Positions 29,101-44,100 of a DNA stretch of 64,000 nucleotides are shown here, in pieces. The position numbers were made by a program, and so were the translations under genes. The stretch lies in the NCBI GenBank assembly GCA_028534125.1, contig CM052852.1, forward strand, positions 96,844,001-96,908,000, in the 5' to 3' direction. Under the pieces are notes generated by a model. That model had not been told where the DNA came from. It saw nothing but the letters and a program-made list of their open reading frames with translations, and ran no database searches. Position 1 is the stretch's first letter. Every line of letters begins with the position of its first letter. The DNA is from Lama glama. Its lineage: Eukaryota.

Positions 29101-32100
29101 GGAGGCTGAGGCCAAGTCCCTCCCAGCCCCCTGTCCCAGCCCTCGGGTCCCTCCCTGGGGGCTGCAGTGGCCTGTGGGAGGGAGGAGGAGAGGAGAGGCA
29201 ATTCCTACCTGGCTCCATGAAGTCAGAGTCTGGTACACGGCCTGGATGATAGGGCCGCATGGGTGGAGGTAGGGGCCTGGGCGCTGGCAGCACTCCCCCA
29301 GCTCATCCTCGTACACTTGGAGGAAAGCCATGATGAGCTGATGGAAGTCAGAGATGACCAAGCGCAGCTTCTGGTCCAGGGTACTGTTGTCAGCCCCGTT
29401 CACAGCGGCCCCTGGCTTCTGCCGCGCAAAGCACTGCAAAGCCAAAGGTGGAGGGTCCCTCGAGGCCACCCTGTCTGTCATGGGGCACCATGTCCCTAAC
29501 CTCCTTCGGGAAGCAGGGTCTACTGGCCACCCCTCACTTCCACAAACCAGGAGACATTAAGACCAGAGACCTGGGTGGGCCTCAATGTGCTCCTCAGTCC
29601 CATAACGAGGCCAGGTTCAGGCTACATGCAAGAAAGCACATGGGGCCTGGCTCACAGCTGCCTGAGGCCAGTCCTTTTGACTCCTCGGAAAGCCTCCCTG
29701 CTCATGCCTTCACGTGGGCTGAGCACCCTCCACCTTGCAGGCGCTGGCTCTGCGCTCACGCCACCTCACTCAGACCTCCCAACACACACAGTATAAAAAC
29801 GGGGCATCTGAGGCTGGGTGCGCCTTGTCAGAGACAAAGCTGGGGGCAGCGCCCTCACCTCCAGCCTGAGCGACTGCAGCCTGGCGGCACTCTCCTGCAG
29901 CTGCCTGGCCAGCTCCGCCACCTTCTCTTCCTCTGACTCACTGGTGGGGGTAGCCCTGCAGGGAGAGAAGGGGGGCCACTTCTGCTCGGTGCCAACACGG
30001 GCATCGGGGCACCTGTGGGCCACATGCAGAAGCGCCCATCCAGGTAACAGAAGCAAGGGAGCATGTACCTCTGCCAGTCATCGCTCTGCTTGTCCAGAAG
30101 GGGCTGCATGTCCAGGGGCCATGGGTCACACTTGGGGCTCAGCAGCATCCGTAGGTGGGAGCTCGAGAAGAGTTCCCCCAGCAGCGCCTCATTCTTCTCC
30201 CTGGTGTCCTCAAAGTGCTCCTTCACACTGCAAAGGCAGCCCCAGGCCACGCTCATCACCAGTCAGAGACCCAAGTGGCAAAACGAAACCAGGCAGAGAG
30301 GCCAGGAGACAGCATCTCCTCCAGTCTCCAAGAGTCCGCCCCCATGGCAGGGACACGCCCGGTGCCTGTTTTCCCCATCCCCAGTGGCTGGCCCATGCCT
30401 TCACACCGATGGCCTGGTACCTTAGGCAGCACCCCCAGGGTGGTGGGACTCCTGCCTAGTCTAGCACCCCGCAGCTCCTGGGCCAGCATGTAGCTGCTGC
30501 TCCCAGGGCAGGGAGTGAAACTCCAGCTGGAGACGTGCCTGGTGGCGGCCTCCTAGCCCTACCAACTCCAGCTGGAGGACCAAGGGTGCCCACCAGCCGT
30601 TCTGCAAAGGGTGTGTCGCGAACCTTTACCTGGAGCCCCTGGAGCATCCAATGGTCAGGCTCTGGGCCACATCCAGCAGCTGGTCCAAGAAGCACAGCTG
30701 CTTCTGGGAGCAGGCCTGGCCCTGGGCAAGGAAAGCAACATGTACTCGCTAGCCAGATGTGCCAGGTGCCCCTGCCCCACATTCAGCCCTACTGGGCCAC
30801 CAGCAACCGGGACCCCATCCAGCAGCATCGTGGACAGGCTCAGAGCCCTTGGCCCAGCAAGATGGGGTCGTGGAGCTGGCCTGCACCAAACCTACTCCTC
30901 GTGATGGAATAAGGGCTCATCCCCAAAAGGCAGCAAGTGGCCAGGCTTTAGTTAGGGTCCCTGAGTAGCAGCTGACTTAGCCCCCGTCCCCAGAGGCGGC
31001 TGGGATTCCCAGCAGGGAGCTGCCCGGCCAGGAGCTCAAGGCTTCGGAAGCACCACTCCTTCCTCCTTCCAGAAAGGGGAGGAGGCTTGCAGCTGATCCC
31101 CAGGACCTAAATACAACCTGAGAGGCCTGGCCTCTGGAAGCTTCTGGCATCTACATCTCCATGCCTTCCTGTTGACTCATTCTCCCCATCTGCCCATACA
31201 ACACTGAGCCCAAATGACACATTTGAAGGGCAGGCCGGGAGTAGGAGGTGGCAGGTGTGACACTAGACAGGGGAGAGCCCAGGCAGAATCAAGAGAGCAA
31301 GTGCCACTCAGGATGTCACAAGGCCTTGACCAGTGGCCAGGGCTGGGACACCCTGACTGCTGTCCCCTCCTCAGCACAGACCCAGCTCCCCCTCAATGCC
31401 CAGGAAAGGATGGTTTCCCTGCTTGAGGCTCTGCCAACCTGAGGTAGGGCTCAGACTGGAACTGACCCCACTGGGCAGTTCTGGCCTGTGTCTGCTTACA
31501 AGCCTCCAGACCAGAGGCCTGGGCCACGGAGGTCCTCTGTGGTTCATCAGGGCCCAACCCCTCTAACACTCAAGAGTCCCCAGTCTGGACTACAGCCACC
31601 TCATTGATGCCCGTCCATGGCCTCTACTGGCCTGGGGGCAGCACTAGGCCAAGGCCTCATCTCATGCCATCTGTGTCCCCTGTTCTCCCCAGCAAAGGGC
31701 CAGACCCAACAAAGACACTCAGAAAGGCCTGCAGAGTGAATCCTTGAAGCCCCAAACTTCACTGTGCTCTGGGTGGGATGCCCTCCCCTGGGCCCCAGCC
31801 CAATCCCTCCATCAGCAAAGCAGATGGGCCCCGCCTAACCTGGCTGCTTCCCTCCACTGTGGCCTCTGCGACCACAGCTGCCCAAGCCAGTACCCGTCTC
31901 TGTGATGCTACAGACTCTGTCTAGTGGCTGCCCACTGCACTGAGAAAACACCCTAAGGCCTCCTGCAAGGCTTGGTCCTTAGCACCGCTCCAGCAAAAGA
32001 AGCCTGCTGGCTGTTTGGGGAACAGGCCAAGGACACACTGCTTCGGGGCTGTGCCCTCGCTGTTCTTTAGCCTGGAGCACTCCCCTCCCAGGTGCGCTTT

Positions 32101-35100
32101 TTCATTCCGAGAGCTGGTATTCTTACTGAGACAGAATGCACATACCATGAATTCACCCTTCTGAAGTGTTCAGATTAGTGGCTGTTAGGACAGTCACAGA
32201 GCTGTGCAGCCAATGCCACTATGTCAGTCCAGCACTGTCATCACCCCCAAAAGAAACTAGATCCCCATTAGTAGCTGCTGCTCCCCATCCCTGCACCCAG
32301 CAGCCCCGGTGCCCACTCATCTGCTTCTGCTGCTTTGGATTCGTGTCTTGTGGGCCTTTCCTACAAGTGGGAACATGCTCCTGGCCTTCTGTGTCTGGCT
32401 GCTCTCACGCTGCATCCTGTTTTCCAGGTCCACTCACAGAGTCACACCGATAGGTATTTTCTCCTTTCTTGTTGCTAATTAGTTTATCCATCCACTAGCA
32501 GATGGAAATTTGAGTTGTTCCTACTTTGGGGCTACTACTTCCTGTTCATGTACAAGCTCCCGTGGGGACCCAGGTTTTCGGTCCTCTTGGGGAGACAGCT
32601 ATGAGTGGAAGTGCTGGACCAGGTGGGAAATTGAGCTTTACCGTCTATGGAACTGCAGGTGGTTTCCTGCCCTGGGCCTGTGTCACAACTACAGTGTCAT
32701 TGCTCTTGGCCTTTTCAGGGGATAAAGTAAGGAAATGTGTGTGTGTGTAGACACACATACGTTCTGAAAGTTCAAACACATTAGGGGCTCATACTGACAC
32801 TCCCGAACCTAACAGTCTTATGCCCAAATCTGCCTTCTCCCACATCCCAACTCCCAGCTCTCAATAATGCCAACATGATGATTCTTTTGCTTTTACGTTT
32901 TATTCCAGGAGACAGACTGAAGTACTGATTCATGCTTCAACATGGATGACCCTGGAAAATACTGTATGATTCCATTCCTATGAAATAGAAACAGGAAAGC
33001 AGTGGGCGCCAGGGCCTGTAACTAATGGAGGTGACTGCTTAATGGGCACAGGACCTTCTTTTAGGGTGACAAACATCTTCCAGAACTAGACAGAGGTGAA
33101 GGCTGCACAACATGAGGAATGTATTAAATGCTACTGAATTATATGTTTGAAAATGGCTTAAAAATTGGGTAGTTTCAATTTTGGAAAATGAAAAGCGTTA
33201 TGGAGATGGTGGTAATGGCTACCTAATATTGTGAATGTACTTAATGCCACTGACTATACACTCAAAAATGGTTCCAACGGTAAATTTTGTTATGTTTATT
33301 TTATCACAATAATAAAGTATTAAAAGAAAGAATAGAGCCCCTCAGGGCGGGAAATTTTTTTAAAAAAATGGTTAAAAGGGTAAATTTTATGTTACATGCA
33401 TTTTACCACAACAAAAAAATTTTTAATTAAAACTAAGGGAAGGGTTACAGTTCTGGGTAAGATGGAGAGAGCACACGCCACCTTCCTGAACACCCACTGA
33501 CACCCACTGCTCAGAGCGGACAGGAAGCATGTGGCTGGTGTCTGCAGTCTCCGAAAGGTAAATGTCAGCAGGTGTGTCAGGGAGGTCAGAATCCAAGGGC
33601 ACCATTCAGATTGGTGGGGACGTACCACATTCTCTCCTCTGGTCTCCCCAGGCCTGTGCTCAGGCCAGCCCAGGCCCAGAGAGAGCACGGGGCACACACG
33701 GAGAGCTCCAGGAGGAGAAAACCCTAGCACTTAGAGAGACTGGAAAAGTCCCTGGCCTCTTTCTCTCTCTTTTCTCTGTTCTCTCAGACCCCAGACCCCA
33801 GGCAATGTGGGGGTGGCAGCAGCACATAGGCAGCCTGGCAACAGAAAATTACAGCAGCCAACACTCTGAGGGCAGAGAAGCGTCCTCTCCACTCAGTGGA
33901 GCTATGGGCCGAACGCTGTTACTGTTTCTTCCTCTCTGTCCTCCCACCGCTGTGGTGCAATCATGGCTGGAAGACAGAAAAGGAGAGCCCCATTCCCCAA
34001 GAACCAGATAATATTAGAGATGACTAGGAGGGAATAACTTGGGAAACTGAACTCATCAATCTGTCTGAGAACGCGCCCCCCACCCCATGCAGGGCTGGGT
34101 CTGACCTTGATGAGCATGCTGGGGCTCTGATCACTAAGCCAGTGGGGAGACCAGCACCCAGGCCCCAGGCTGAATGCTGGGTCACGTATGCAGCAGCGCA
34201 AAGGCTGTGGGAACTGAGCAGACACTGGAACCACGGGCCAGAGAAGTGGGCTGAATGTGCAGCTTAAACCTAACCAGGTTAAGTGCCTGCTAAAACACAA
34301 ATATCAACATTCTCCATAAAATCTAATGAGACTCGAAGTCAAAGTAATAGTCAAAATGTCTAGGACACAATCTAAAATTACTTGGCACATGAAGAAAACC
34401 ATAAAAATCCCAACTTGAATGAGAAAACAGTCAACAGACACCAATGACAAGACGGTACAGATGCTGGAACTACATGGCAAACGTAAAGCAGCCATTAGAA
34501 AAATGCTGACTAAGCAGTCATAGACACCACTGAGACCGAAGCTGGAAGAGAAAGCAGCAGCAAAGAGACAGAAATGTGTTGTGTTTTTTAAACCACATAG
34601 ACACTTAAAACAGAAAAATAGAGTAACTGAAATAAAAACTCACTGATGGAGCGAATCAACAGCAGAATGGAGGAGAGAGAGGAAAGAGTCAGTGAACTTG
34701 AAAACAGATTAACAGAAACTATCCAATATGAGCAACAGTGAGGAAAAAAAGTTGAAAAACATTAACAGCCTCATGGACCTGTGGTACAACAATAAAAGGC
34801 CTAATATGTGTGTCATAGGAGGCCCAAATGGAGAGGAGAAAAGCATGTAGACTGAAAAAGTATTTTAAGGAATAACAGCTGAAAACCTCCCAAGTTTGGT
34901 GAATGACACAAACTTACAGATTCGAGAAGCTGAGCAAATCCAAACAGGACAAAACCAAAAAAACTGTCCCACAAATACATAATTAAATTGCTGGAAACTA
35001 ATGACAAAGAAAAAAATTTAAGTAGCAGAAGAAAAATAATACATGACTCATAGGAGGAAAATGACTCAAATGACTGCAGATTTCTCATCAGAACCTGTGA

Positions 35101-38100
35101 AGAAAGAACTGCCAACACAGAATTCTATATCCAGTGAAAATATTCATCAAGAATGAAGGAGAACTAGACATACTCAAATAAATGAAATCTAAGAGAATTT
35201 GGACACAGCAGACCACTTCAAAAAAAGAATTGCTAAAGGCAGTTCTTTAGACAGAAGTGAAATGATATCAGAAGGAAACCTGGAACACCAATGAAGGAAA
35301 AATAGAAAAAAGGACAAAACCACATGATCATGGCAGCAGATGCAGAGAAAGCATTTACAAAATTCAATACTCTTTCATGATAAAAACACTTAATCCAGGA
35401 ATAGAAAGGAACACCCTCAACTTGATAAAGGGCATCTATAAAAAACCCACAGCTAACATCATACTCAGTGGTGAAGATCCATGTTTTCCCCCTAAGATCA
35501 GGGACAAGATAAGGATGCCCATTCTTGCCACTTCTATTCATCACTGTANNNNNNNNNNNNNNNNNNNNNNNNNNNNNNNNNNNNNNNNNNNNNNNNNNNN
35601 NNNNNNNNNNNNNNNNNNNNNNNNNNNNNNNNNNNNNNNNNNNNNNNNNNNNNNNNNNNNNNNNNNNNNNNNNNNNNNNNNNNNNNNNNNNNNNNNNNNN
35701 NNNNNNNNNNNNNNNNNAAGAGCAATGTGCAAAAATCAACTGTATTTCCATACACTAGCAATGAACAATATAAAAATAAAATTAAGAAAACACTGCCATT
35801 TACAATGGCATCATAAAGAGTGAAATACTTAGGAATAAATTTAACAAAAGAAGTACAAGACTTGTACACAGAAAGTTACAAAGTATCTTTGAAATAAATT
35901 AAAGAAAACCTAAATTAATGGAAAGACTGCCCGTGTTCATGGACAGAAAGACTTAATACAGTTGGTGACAATACTCCTCAAAGTGATCTACAGATTCGAC
36001 ACAATCTCCATTAAAATCCCAGTTGGCTTTTTTGCAGAAATTGACAAGCTGATTCTAAAATTCACACGGAAATTCAAGGGACCCCTAATAGCCAAAACAA
36101 TCTTAAAAAAAGAGCAAAGTTGGAGGATTCACATGCCATGATTTACTACAAAGCGACAGTAATCAAGGCAGTGTGGTACTGGCCTAAGGACAGACATACA
36201 GATCAATGGAACAGAATGGAGAATCCAGAAATAAACCTTCGCATTTACACTAACTGATGTTCAACAAGGATGCCAAGACAATCCAATGAGNNNNNNNNNN
36301 NNNNNNNNNNNNNNNNNNNNNNNNNNNNNNNNNNNNNNNNNNNNNNNNNNNNNNNNNNNNNNNNNNNNNNNNNNNNNNNNNNNNNNNNNNNNNNNNNNNN
36401 NNNNNNNNNNNNNNNNNNNNNNNNNNNNNNNNNNNNNNNNNNNNNNNNNNNNNNNNNNNNNNNNNNNNNNNTTTAGATTTGGTGATAGATTCTTAAATAT
36501 GACACCAAAAGCACAAGCAACAAAAGAAAAACAGATAAATTGGATTTCACCAAAACTAAAAACTTTTGTGCTCCAAAGGACACATCAGGAAAGTAAAAAG
36601 ACAATCTGCAAAATGGGAGGAAGTATTTGTAAATCAAATATCTGATGTGACTTCTATCCAGAATATATAAAGAATTCTTATAACTCAATAATAAAAAGAC
36701 AAATAGCCCAATCAGAAAGTGGGCAAAAGAATTGGACAGAAACATGTCTCCAAAGAAGACGTACAAATGGCCGATGAGCACAGGAAAAGACGTTCAACAT
36801 CGTTAGTCATCAGGGAAATGCAAATCAAAACCACAGTGAGACAGCCCTTCAGACCCATGACGATGGCTAGCAGCAAAAAGATGGACAGTAACACGTGTCG
36901 GTCATGATGTCAGACCCTGGCACCCTCCTCACACACCGCTGGTGAGAATGTAAAATGGTGCAGCCACTTTGGAAAGCAGTTTGGTGGTTCCTCAAAAAGT
37001 TAAACATATTCAAAAAAATTCAAAAAGTTTAACAATTCCACTCCTAGCCATATACCCTAGAGAACTGAAAACATGTCTTTGGTCAAACACGTATACAGGA
37101 AGATTCACAGCAGCATTATTTCTAATAGCCAAAATGTGGAAATAATTATTTCAAATTTTTTTTAATTTTAAGGGTATGTGGCAGGGTTTCTTTGACTGAT
37201 GTGGGGGTGGTCTGGGGCCATCTCTGTATAGAAACCCAGAGTGGGCAGCAGATGGGGAAAGTGCATAGGATCGGGAGCCAGAGGCCTGCGATGGAGGCCA
37301 GGCTCTGTCACTGGGTAACCTTGAGTGAGCTGTCTGTCACCTTCCCCATGAAATGGAGCCAAGACAAGTACCTACTGCCAAGGGTAGGTGTGACAATTAC
37401 TGGCATGTAAAGTACTTACCACAGTGTTGGTGTGTATGATGTCATCCACCAAGGACAGGATGTGTTCTCTGTTCCTTTGGTCATGATAAGCCAGAGGTCC
37501 TCCTTGGCCTCCTCAGCCACCCTCCCCTCTCGTCCCTAGGGATGGCTGGGATCTACCCAAGGGAATTCTATGGGTTCCTGCCCCAGGGAGCTAAGAAGCA
37601 GAGACTGGGGATGATACCTCCTGGACCTGAGGAGCAAAGGCCTGGGGAAAGAAAGCCCCTGCGTGCCCACTGCAGCCTTACTGAGACCCCCATGGGGACA
37701 GAGAGGGTCCTCTCTTACCTTCAGGAGCTCCTGGTCATCCGGCCCACACAGCATCAACTCATGGCCTAGTTTCACCATCTCTGTTAGAACACAAGGATCC
37801 AGTTACCGCAGACACCCACCCAAACAGGCGAGGACACCACACACCCATGCAGGGGCCCAGTGCTCCCATGGTGAAGATGCTCCCACTCCTGGCTGGGCCA
37901 GGAAGACCCAGGTAAACAAGTAAGCAGGTGGAGGACACCCCCAGGTGCCAGGACTGCCTCTTGCTCCGTGACCTGTATCTAGTCACTGCCCTTCTCTGGG
38001 CACCAGTTTCCTCACCTGAAATAAGACGCTGCATTCAACGCTCTTCCTTACAGAGAACTCTGGCTTCTAGCAAAAGCCAGTCAGCTGCCTGAGGAGTCAA

Positions 38101-41100
38101 GAGAGGCCAGGGAATCTTCCAAACATGCTGTGTGCTGCCCTTTCAGAGACCTCGCCAGGCCAAAGCAAAAGGAACCGTCTCTCATGTTCGTCAGTTTCCT
38201 ACAGGCCTTTTACATCATCATCTCCTTTCATCTTGCTGACAAGCCTAGGAGGTGGGCCTTAGCTCCATTCACAGATTAGGAAACTGAGTCCCTCTGTGGT
38301 ATAGGGTTTGCTTGGCCATGTTTTCCAGGGTGCCCTGAGCATTCTGAGTAACCATGTGGCACACAGAGAAAGGCCAGTCCTTGGAGCCAGAAAGCCTGGG
38401 GCCAATGCCAGCTCCATGCCCCCCACCTGGCCCCGTGGCAATGTCCTTACTCCCTCACAGGTCCATCTCCCACCCTCACATTCCTCAATGGCAGAATGGG
38501 CATAACTCTGGCATCTGCTTTGGAAGGTTTGGTGTTAAGAAGCAAGCAGAGTGTGTATGTGAAAGTATGAATAATCTTGGAGACGGCGCACAAGTACCAG
38601 TTACCCCCTAAGCACACCTGCCTAGCCCGCATCCCTTAACCCCAAATCCTTGTGTACGTGTTGGCCCCGCCAACTCTGCCTTCGCTGTAAATCCAGGATC
38701 CAGTCAGTGCTCCCCTCTCCCACTGCCCCCACATCTCAAGCCTGGATTGCTGCAGGAGCCTGTCAGTGGTGTCCCTGCCTCTGCCCAGCCTCCTGCTCTC
38801 AGCCCAGCAGCCCCAGGTACCCTGTTAAACCCTAAGTCAGGCTGCAGCCCTCCTCAGAATAAAAGCCAACGTCCTTCCATGGCCCACAAGGACTGGGCCA
38901 GTCTGGCCCCACTGCCCCTCTGACCTCACCCCTCTCCTCCTGTTGCTCCACACTCCATGCCAGGCACCCTGGCCACCTGGCTGCTCCTCAAAACTGCTAG
39001 GCACACACAAGACTACCTCAGGGCCCCCACACTTGCTGTTTTCTGGCCCTGAACACTGTTCCTTCTTTCTGATATCTGCTTGGCTCACTTCCTCCCTTCC
39101 TGCAAGTCTCTGTTTTAAAGAGAGGCCCTCCCCAGCCATCTTCTGTCAACAGAACCACCCTTCTCCCCACCCATCCAAGCACAATTTTGCCTTCACCTAG
39201 CTTTGTTTATGGTGCTTCTCACTGTCTGCTACACTGCAAATTTTGCTGCCTTCTTGGTTTATCACCTGCCTCTCCCAGCTACAGAGGAAGCTCCGTGAGC
39301 ACAGCACAATCACCGCCAGCATCTGAAACAGCAGTGGTCGCGTACTGGTGCTCCAGAAATACCCGTCAAGCGAAGTGCTGAATTCTAATCTCCCAACTTA
39401 TTCTGGTCTCTCCCAGTAATACTCTTCGACGAGCACTCACATCTACCACCTGCTCTGCCACTAAGCACACTGCCACAAAGTGGGCAGGGCTAGGTGATAC
39501 TCCAAACTTTACAGAAGAGGAAACTGAGGCTGGGAATGGCAAGGCCAAGGCCGTGGTTGGGCTGAGGGCCAGGGCTAGCACCTGTGTGTGCATGTGTGTC
39601 AGAGATCTCAGCTACGGCCTGGTGAACAGGCTCACTCAGCCTTGACTGCTGTGGTCCCCTCAAGAGGAGAGTGCCGGGCGCACCAGCGCCGGGGAGACCG
39701 GCAGCGCTGCTGCACAGCCCAGGCCGGCCCACAGGCTCCAAGGCCCGACGCCTTGTTCTGGCCCATTTCAGCCTCGGGTACAACTGTCCCCAGATAACTA
39801 CTCTGGCAGCGCCAGCAGGGGCAAGGATCAGGATTCCAGGGTCCAGTTCACCCACCCTGAAGTGGCAGGGCCAAACGAGACCCATGGAAAATTTGACCTT
39901 TGGAAACACTCCGTGTGCACACAAGGTGAAGGGTCAGCCACCACCTTGAGGACTGCAATTGGCTCCCCTTTACCGAATGTTCATGACCAGGTAAAGCACA
40001 GTTTGTGCCAAGAAAGGATCAAAAAGAAGCAGTTCCAAGACAAGTGCCGTGGAGACCTGCCCAGCGTGCTCACAGGAGCGCCACACGTAGCATGCACGTG
40101 CACACACCAGCGACATGTGTCACTGGTGGCATCAGTGAGAACTGCTGTCTCTGCCGCCAGCACCTCAGTGGATGGGCTGGCAGGGCGACGCGGCCTTGGC
40201 CTCCTTCATGTGCCCCTAGCAGAGGAGCACTCCCACTCACCACGCCCAGTGGGGGGTGTGGGGGAGGGCTGATTCTCGAAGTCTCTACTAACGTCAACAG
40301 AGTGTGCACCTTCCAGGAGAAAAAAAACCGTCTCATGCGATGTTCACAACCTGCAAGGAGACTGTGCACCAGGTCAAAATGGCCCAAAATCCACCACTTG
40401 ACACTGAACTCCGAGGACGAACACCCACCTTGGATCTTCACCTCGGCTGGAGCCCCCTTCAGTGAGCTGAACTTGTCCTGCCAGGAGGGACAGACCCTGC
40501 AAGGAAAGAGCAAAGCCAGTCAGGCCTGAGTGGGCCACAAAGGCCCCCTCACCACTTCTCCTTACACATGCTCTCAAAAGTGAATTACTCATTTGTGCAA
40601 AGTGCTAAATGCCACTGAAACGTTCACTTTAAAATGAGTAACTTTATGTGATATGGATTAACTCCATAAATTATCAGGGAAACAAAAAAAACAAAATATC
40701 TTGGAAAGTTTACCTCAGAAATGTGAATTTAAATACTGAAATTACAATTCTCACAATAAAAAGATGAAAGGACTGCCCAAGAGGAAAAATCTGAATTACT
40801 CAGAGCTCCAAGCTCTGTCTCGGAAGGAACCTAGGGGCTGTCTTTTCTTTAAGTCAGGGAGGATGTCCCAAAAGGCCCTTCCTGCTCCAGCGCCCTTGCA
40901 GGCCCTCCTGGGGCGCTCTCTCACACCTCCGTGTGCACCTGTGTGTTTGCCCTTCTCGGCCTGGAGTGCTCTCTTCCCGCACAACCCAAGCCCACCAAGT
41001 CAGCTCCAACACATCCCACAAAGCCCACGGCTGACATCGCCTCCCTAGGGAGGCAGGGAAGGGCTGGACGTGCCTGCAGCCACCTTGGCACCCCTCCATC

Positions 41101-44100
41101 ACTGCTGGGCCTGGGTACTGCCCTTCCACCAGGCTTTACCTTTCAGGCTTTGGGCTCATGGAGGCCAGGAGCCAGCTTTCTGTTCTGCATTTCTGGGGTC
41201 TAACACGGCAGCCAGCACCAAAAAGGTGGCCAGTGTGAGTTAACAAATGGATGACCGTGGCCTCTTGCCACAGAATAATATGCCATTAATAAATGCCCAT
41301 GCTGAGCTCTTTCAACAGAGAGACATTTTCTGTTTTTAGACAAACAGAAGTCAACAGGAGATGATGCTACTCCAGGTCACAGCTTTGAGCCATTTGAGGG
41401 TTCCTAGATGATGGGCTCTGGGGCCACAGCTCTAGTCCCCTGGGTGGGGAGACAGCAGTCCCAGCCGCCCCCTTGGGGCTGGTGGAGCCCCAGCCTTGAC
41501 GGTACCCACACAGGTAAATGGGATGGTGGCCACTCGTAAGCAGCTTGCCTTAAGATGCTGAGCTGAGGAGCAGACACAGACCACACCCAAAGGCAGTAAG
41601 GGCTGCCACACACCAGCAGGCATCACAAGCGACGCAAGGCACACGCCTCCCAATAGGTCTTCTCCAGGAGGCACGGTCTGAGCCCCGCACTCTCAGCCTG
41701 GAGCCCAGCTGGCACAGCACCGCAGCCATGGGAACTGCATCCCAGCTGCTGAGGCCGCGCCTGCTTGCCAGGGAGCCCCAGCATCCCGCTGCCACAGCAG
41801 GGCCTTCCTACGTAAAGATAAAGAGACTCTTCCCACCACTTTCTAGAGTGGTGTGTGGGGACCCAGGCCTCAGGCCTAGGGACCAGCTGACTGACTCATC
41901 ATGGTGGGAAAGGGCATGGAAGGTGTTCAGTGGAGAGGGCTCACTGCTTCCCTGGGGTCATGCTATCAAACGCCTGCATCCCAGGCCACACTTACGCCAC
42001 CATGCTGGACCCCTGGGAGCTGGATCCACCTGGGACCTGAGGTACCAGGCCCCACACTGCAGGACTACAGCGGAGAGGAAGTGGGATCCAGCAGCCTCAG
42101 CTGCACTGCCTGTCTGCATTATTCATTAAGGCAACCACCAATTCAGCCAAAGAGTGCTGGGGCACAAGGAGCGGGGGTAGGAGGCTGGCCCTGAGCTGGT
42201 TGCTGGGCAATGCTCCCACTCACAAAGCGCCAGGGAGCAGAGAGCACTCCACGATCCATCAGGCTAGACCGCAGCAAACCACTTCAACACACTAAAGGAC
42301 AAATCCCCAAAAGCCTAAGTGACCTCACTTGGAAAGGGCTTTCATTAAAGTTGATTTTCCTGAAGCAGCAGGGAGCAGGGCAGAAACTAACGGTGCTCAA
42401 GGCCTTGCAAGCAAAGTACAGCTCTTCAGGAGCCAAGGAAACCCATGTGCCTTGAACTCAGCAATGCAGGGGCCCAGTGGCCCTGCCCTGCCCATGCTGA
42501 GGGCCAGCTGGGTATATGGGCCACCAAGAGCTGCTACGCCAGACCACCTGGCCAATGTTGGGTATGGCTTCCAGGTTCTGCCCAGAGAGGGGTGAACAGG
42601 TGGCCCTAAACAAGGGCCAAAATAACCACAAGCAAAGAAGCCAACACAAAATTGGGAGAAACTGAACTCTATTCAATCCTCTTCAGGTCTTTCAAAGGCC
42701 TATGGCACTTTTGCCAGCTAGGGATCATGAAAAGCAATTGAACGTTCCCTGGCTGCTTCTTAAAAGGATTCTGTTTCTTGTATTTTAAAAAGCACTAAAA
42801 GTATCTGAGGACTGCAGCCGTGGACTCTCACCCCATCCCTTCTGGCAGCAGAGTGACCCGGTCCCCAGTTTCCACATGGGCCAGGCAAGTCTGGGTTCCC
42901 TCCCAACGAGAGCCTCTCCAAGACATGACTTTGGCCTCCCTCCTCCTGGGAGCCTGTTCAAGATCACTGAACTAGCCCCAGCCATCCCCACTACTGTCTC
43001 TCTTCCTAGGTTCCTGGACTAGTGGCTGGTGCCTCCAGGGCCGACAGTGCCTATCACTTGAGCCACCCACCATTCTAAGACAGGCTCCTGTCATCCTTTC
43101 CCGGGGTTGTTGCAATAGCCTCTGCATCGGTCTCCCTGCCTCCAGCCTCTTCCCTCCAAATCCATCCACCACAGAACTCCCATGTCACCCTGCCAAAAAT
43201 GCCAATTTCAGTATGCCACGCCCCTGGTCCCAGGCTCATCCTGCCCAGAGAATAAAGGTCAAAGGCCTTCCACATGGCAGCAGGAGAGGCTGCTGAAAGG
43301 CAGAGGCTCAAATGTGAAAACACCTCCTCCTTCCTCCCAGCCATCCCCAGGACACCCAGCCCAGGGCCAGGCCTACTGACTTCCCATGGCCCAGCAGGCA
43401 CTCCAGCTGGGTGCAAGTTGAATCCTCGCTGCCCCAGCCAGGCTCCTGCCCAGGCCCCTTCCTCAGCTGCGAGGGCAGACAGGCCAGGCTGAGAATGGGC
43501 AGAGGCTTGGCATTATGAAAGACTCTGGACCGACCAACCACAGTCATGCCAGAGACCGGCCTGGGAGTCATGACCTTAAGACAAGCGCTCGGCTCAGGGG
43601 CTGCTGCTTCCAAGGAGCAGATATTCGAAGGAACTTTATAGACCTTTCCCCTTGCCGTCTGGACAGGCTTTGCTTCCCTTGCACAGTGCCAGGCACACAC
43701 ATCAAGGTGCACCTTGGCCTGAAGGACTGGGAAACGGGGTCTCAGCCCTGCTAGGCACTCCTCAGTAGTAAGACCTGAGACAGTTCACGACTCCAGCCTG
43801 ACCCTCAGCTGCCCAGTCGGAAAATGAAAGGACTGAAGTACATTATTTCCCAGGTCACTGCCAGCTCTGAAACTAATAGTTACAGCAAGAAAAAAGCTCA
43901 GGAGCCAAGCTCCACTTCAGCAAGACAACAAGTAGACGAGCTGAAGCACTGTCTGGGAGCACTTTCTTCCCCACTTCGAGCATCACTCCACAGCTGGCAC
44001 TTCTCAGCCAAGCAGGTGCTGTCACAGTGACCTGGGATAGAGGACAGCCCCTCATCAAAATAACAAACCTCTTCATCCCCAGGCCGATTGAGTGGTGCCC

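Larger units (their letters stand above)
33440..37145 (+). mobile_element. Large degraded L1M element (5' UTR, ORF1 remnant, internally deleted ORF2), antisense in HAUS7 intron 4
   Basis: 5' ggtaagatgg; ORF1-like 34600-35290; RT-region remnant [26 protein letters not shown]; ORF2 C-terminal [16 protein letters not shown]. Confidence 0.9.

Noticed and set aside
35233-36907. ORFs containing X runs
   Set aside because: Degraded L1 ORF2 fragments crossing N-gaps
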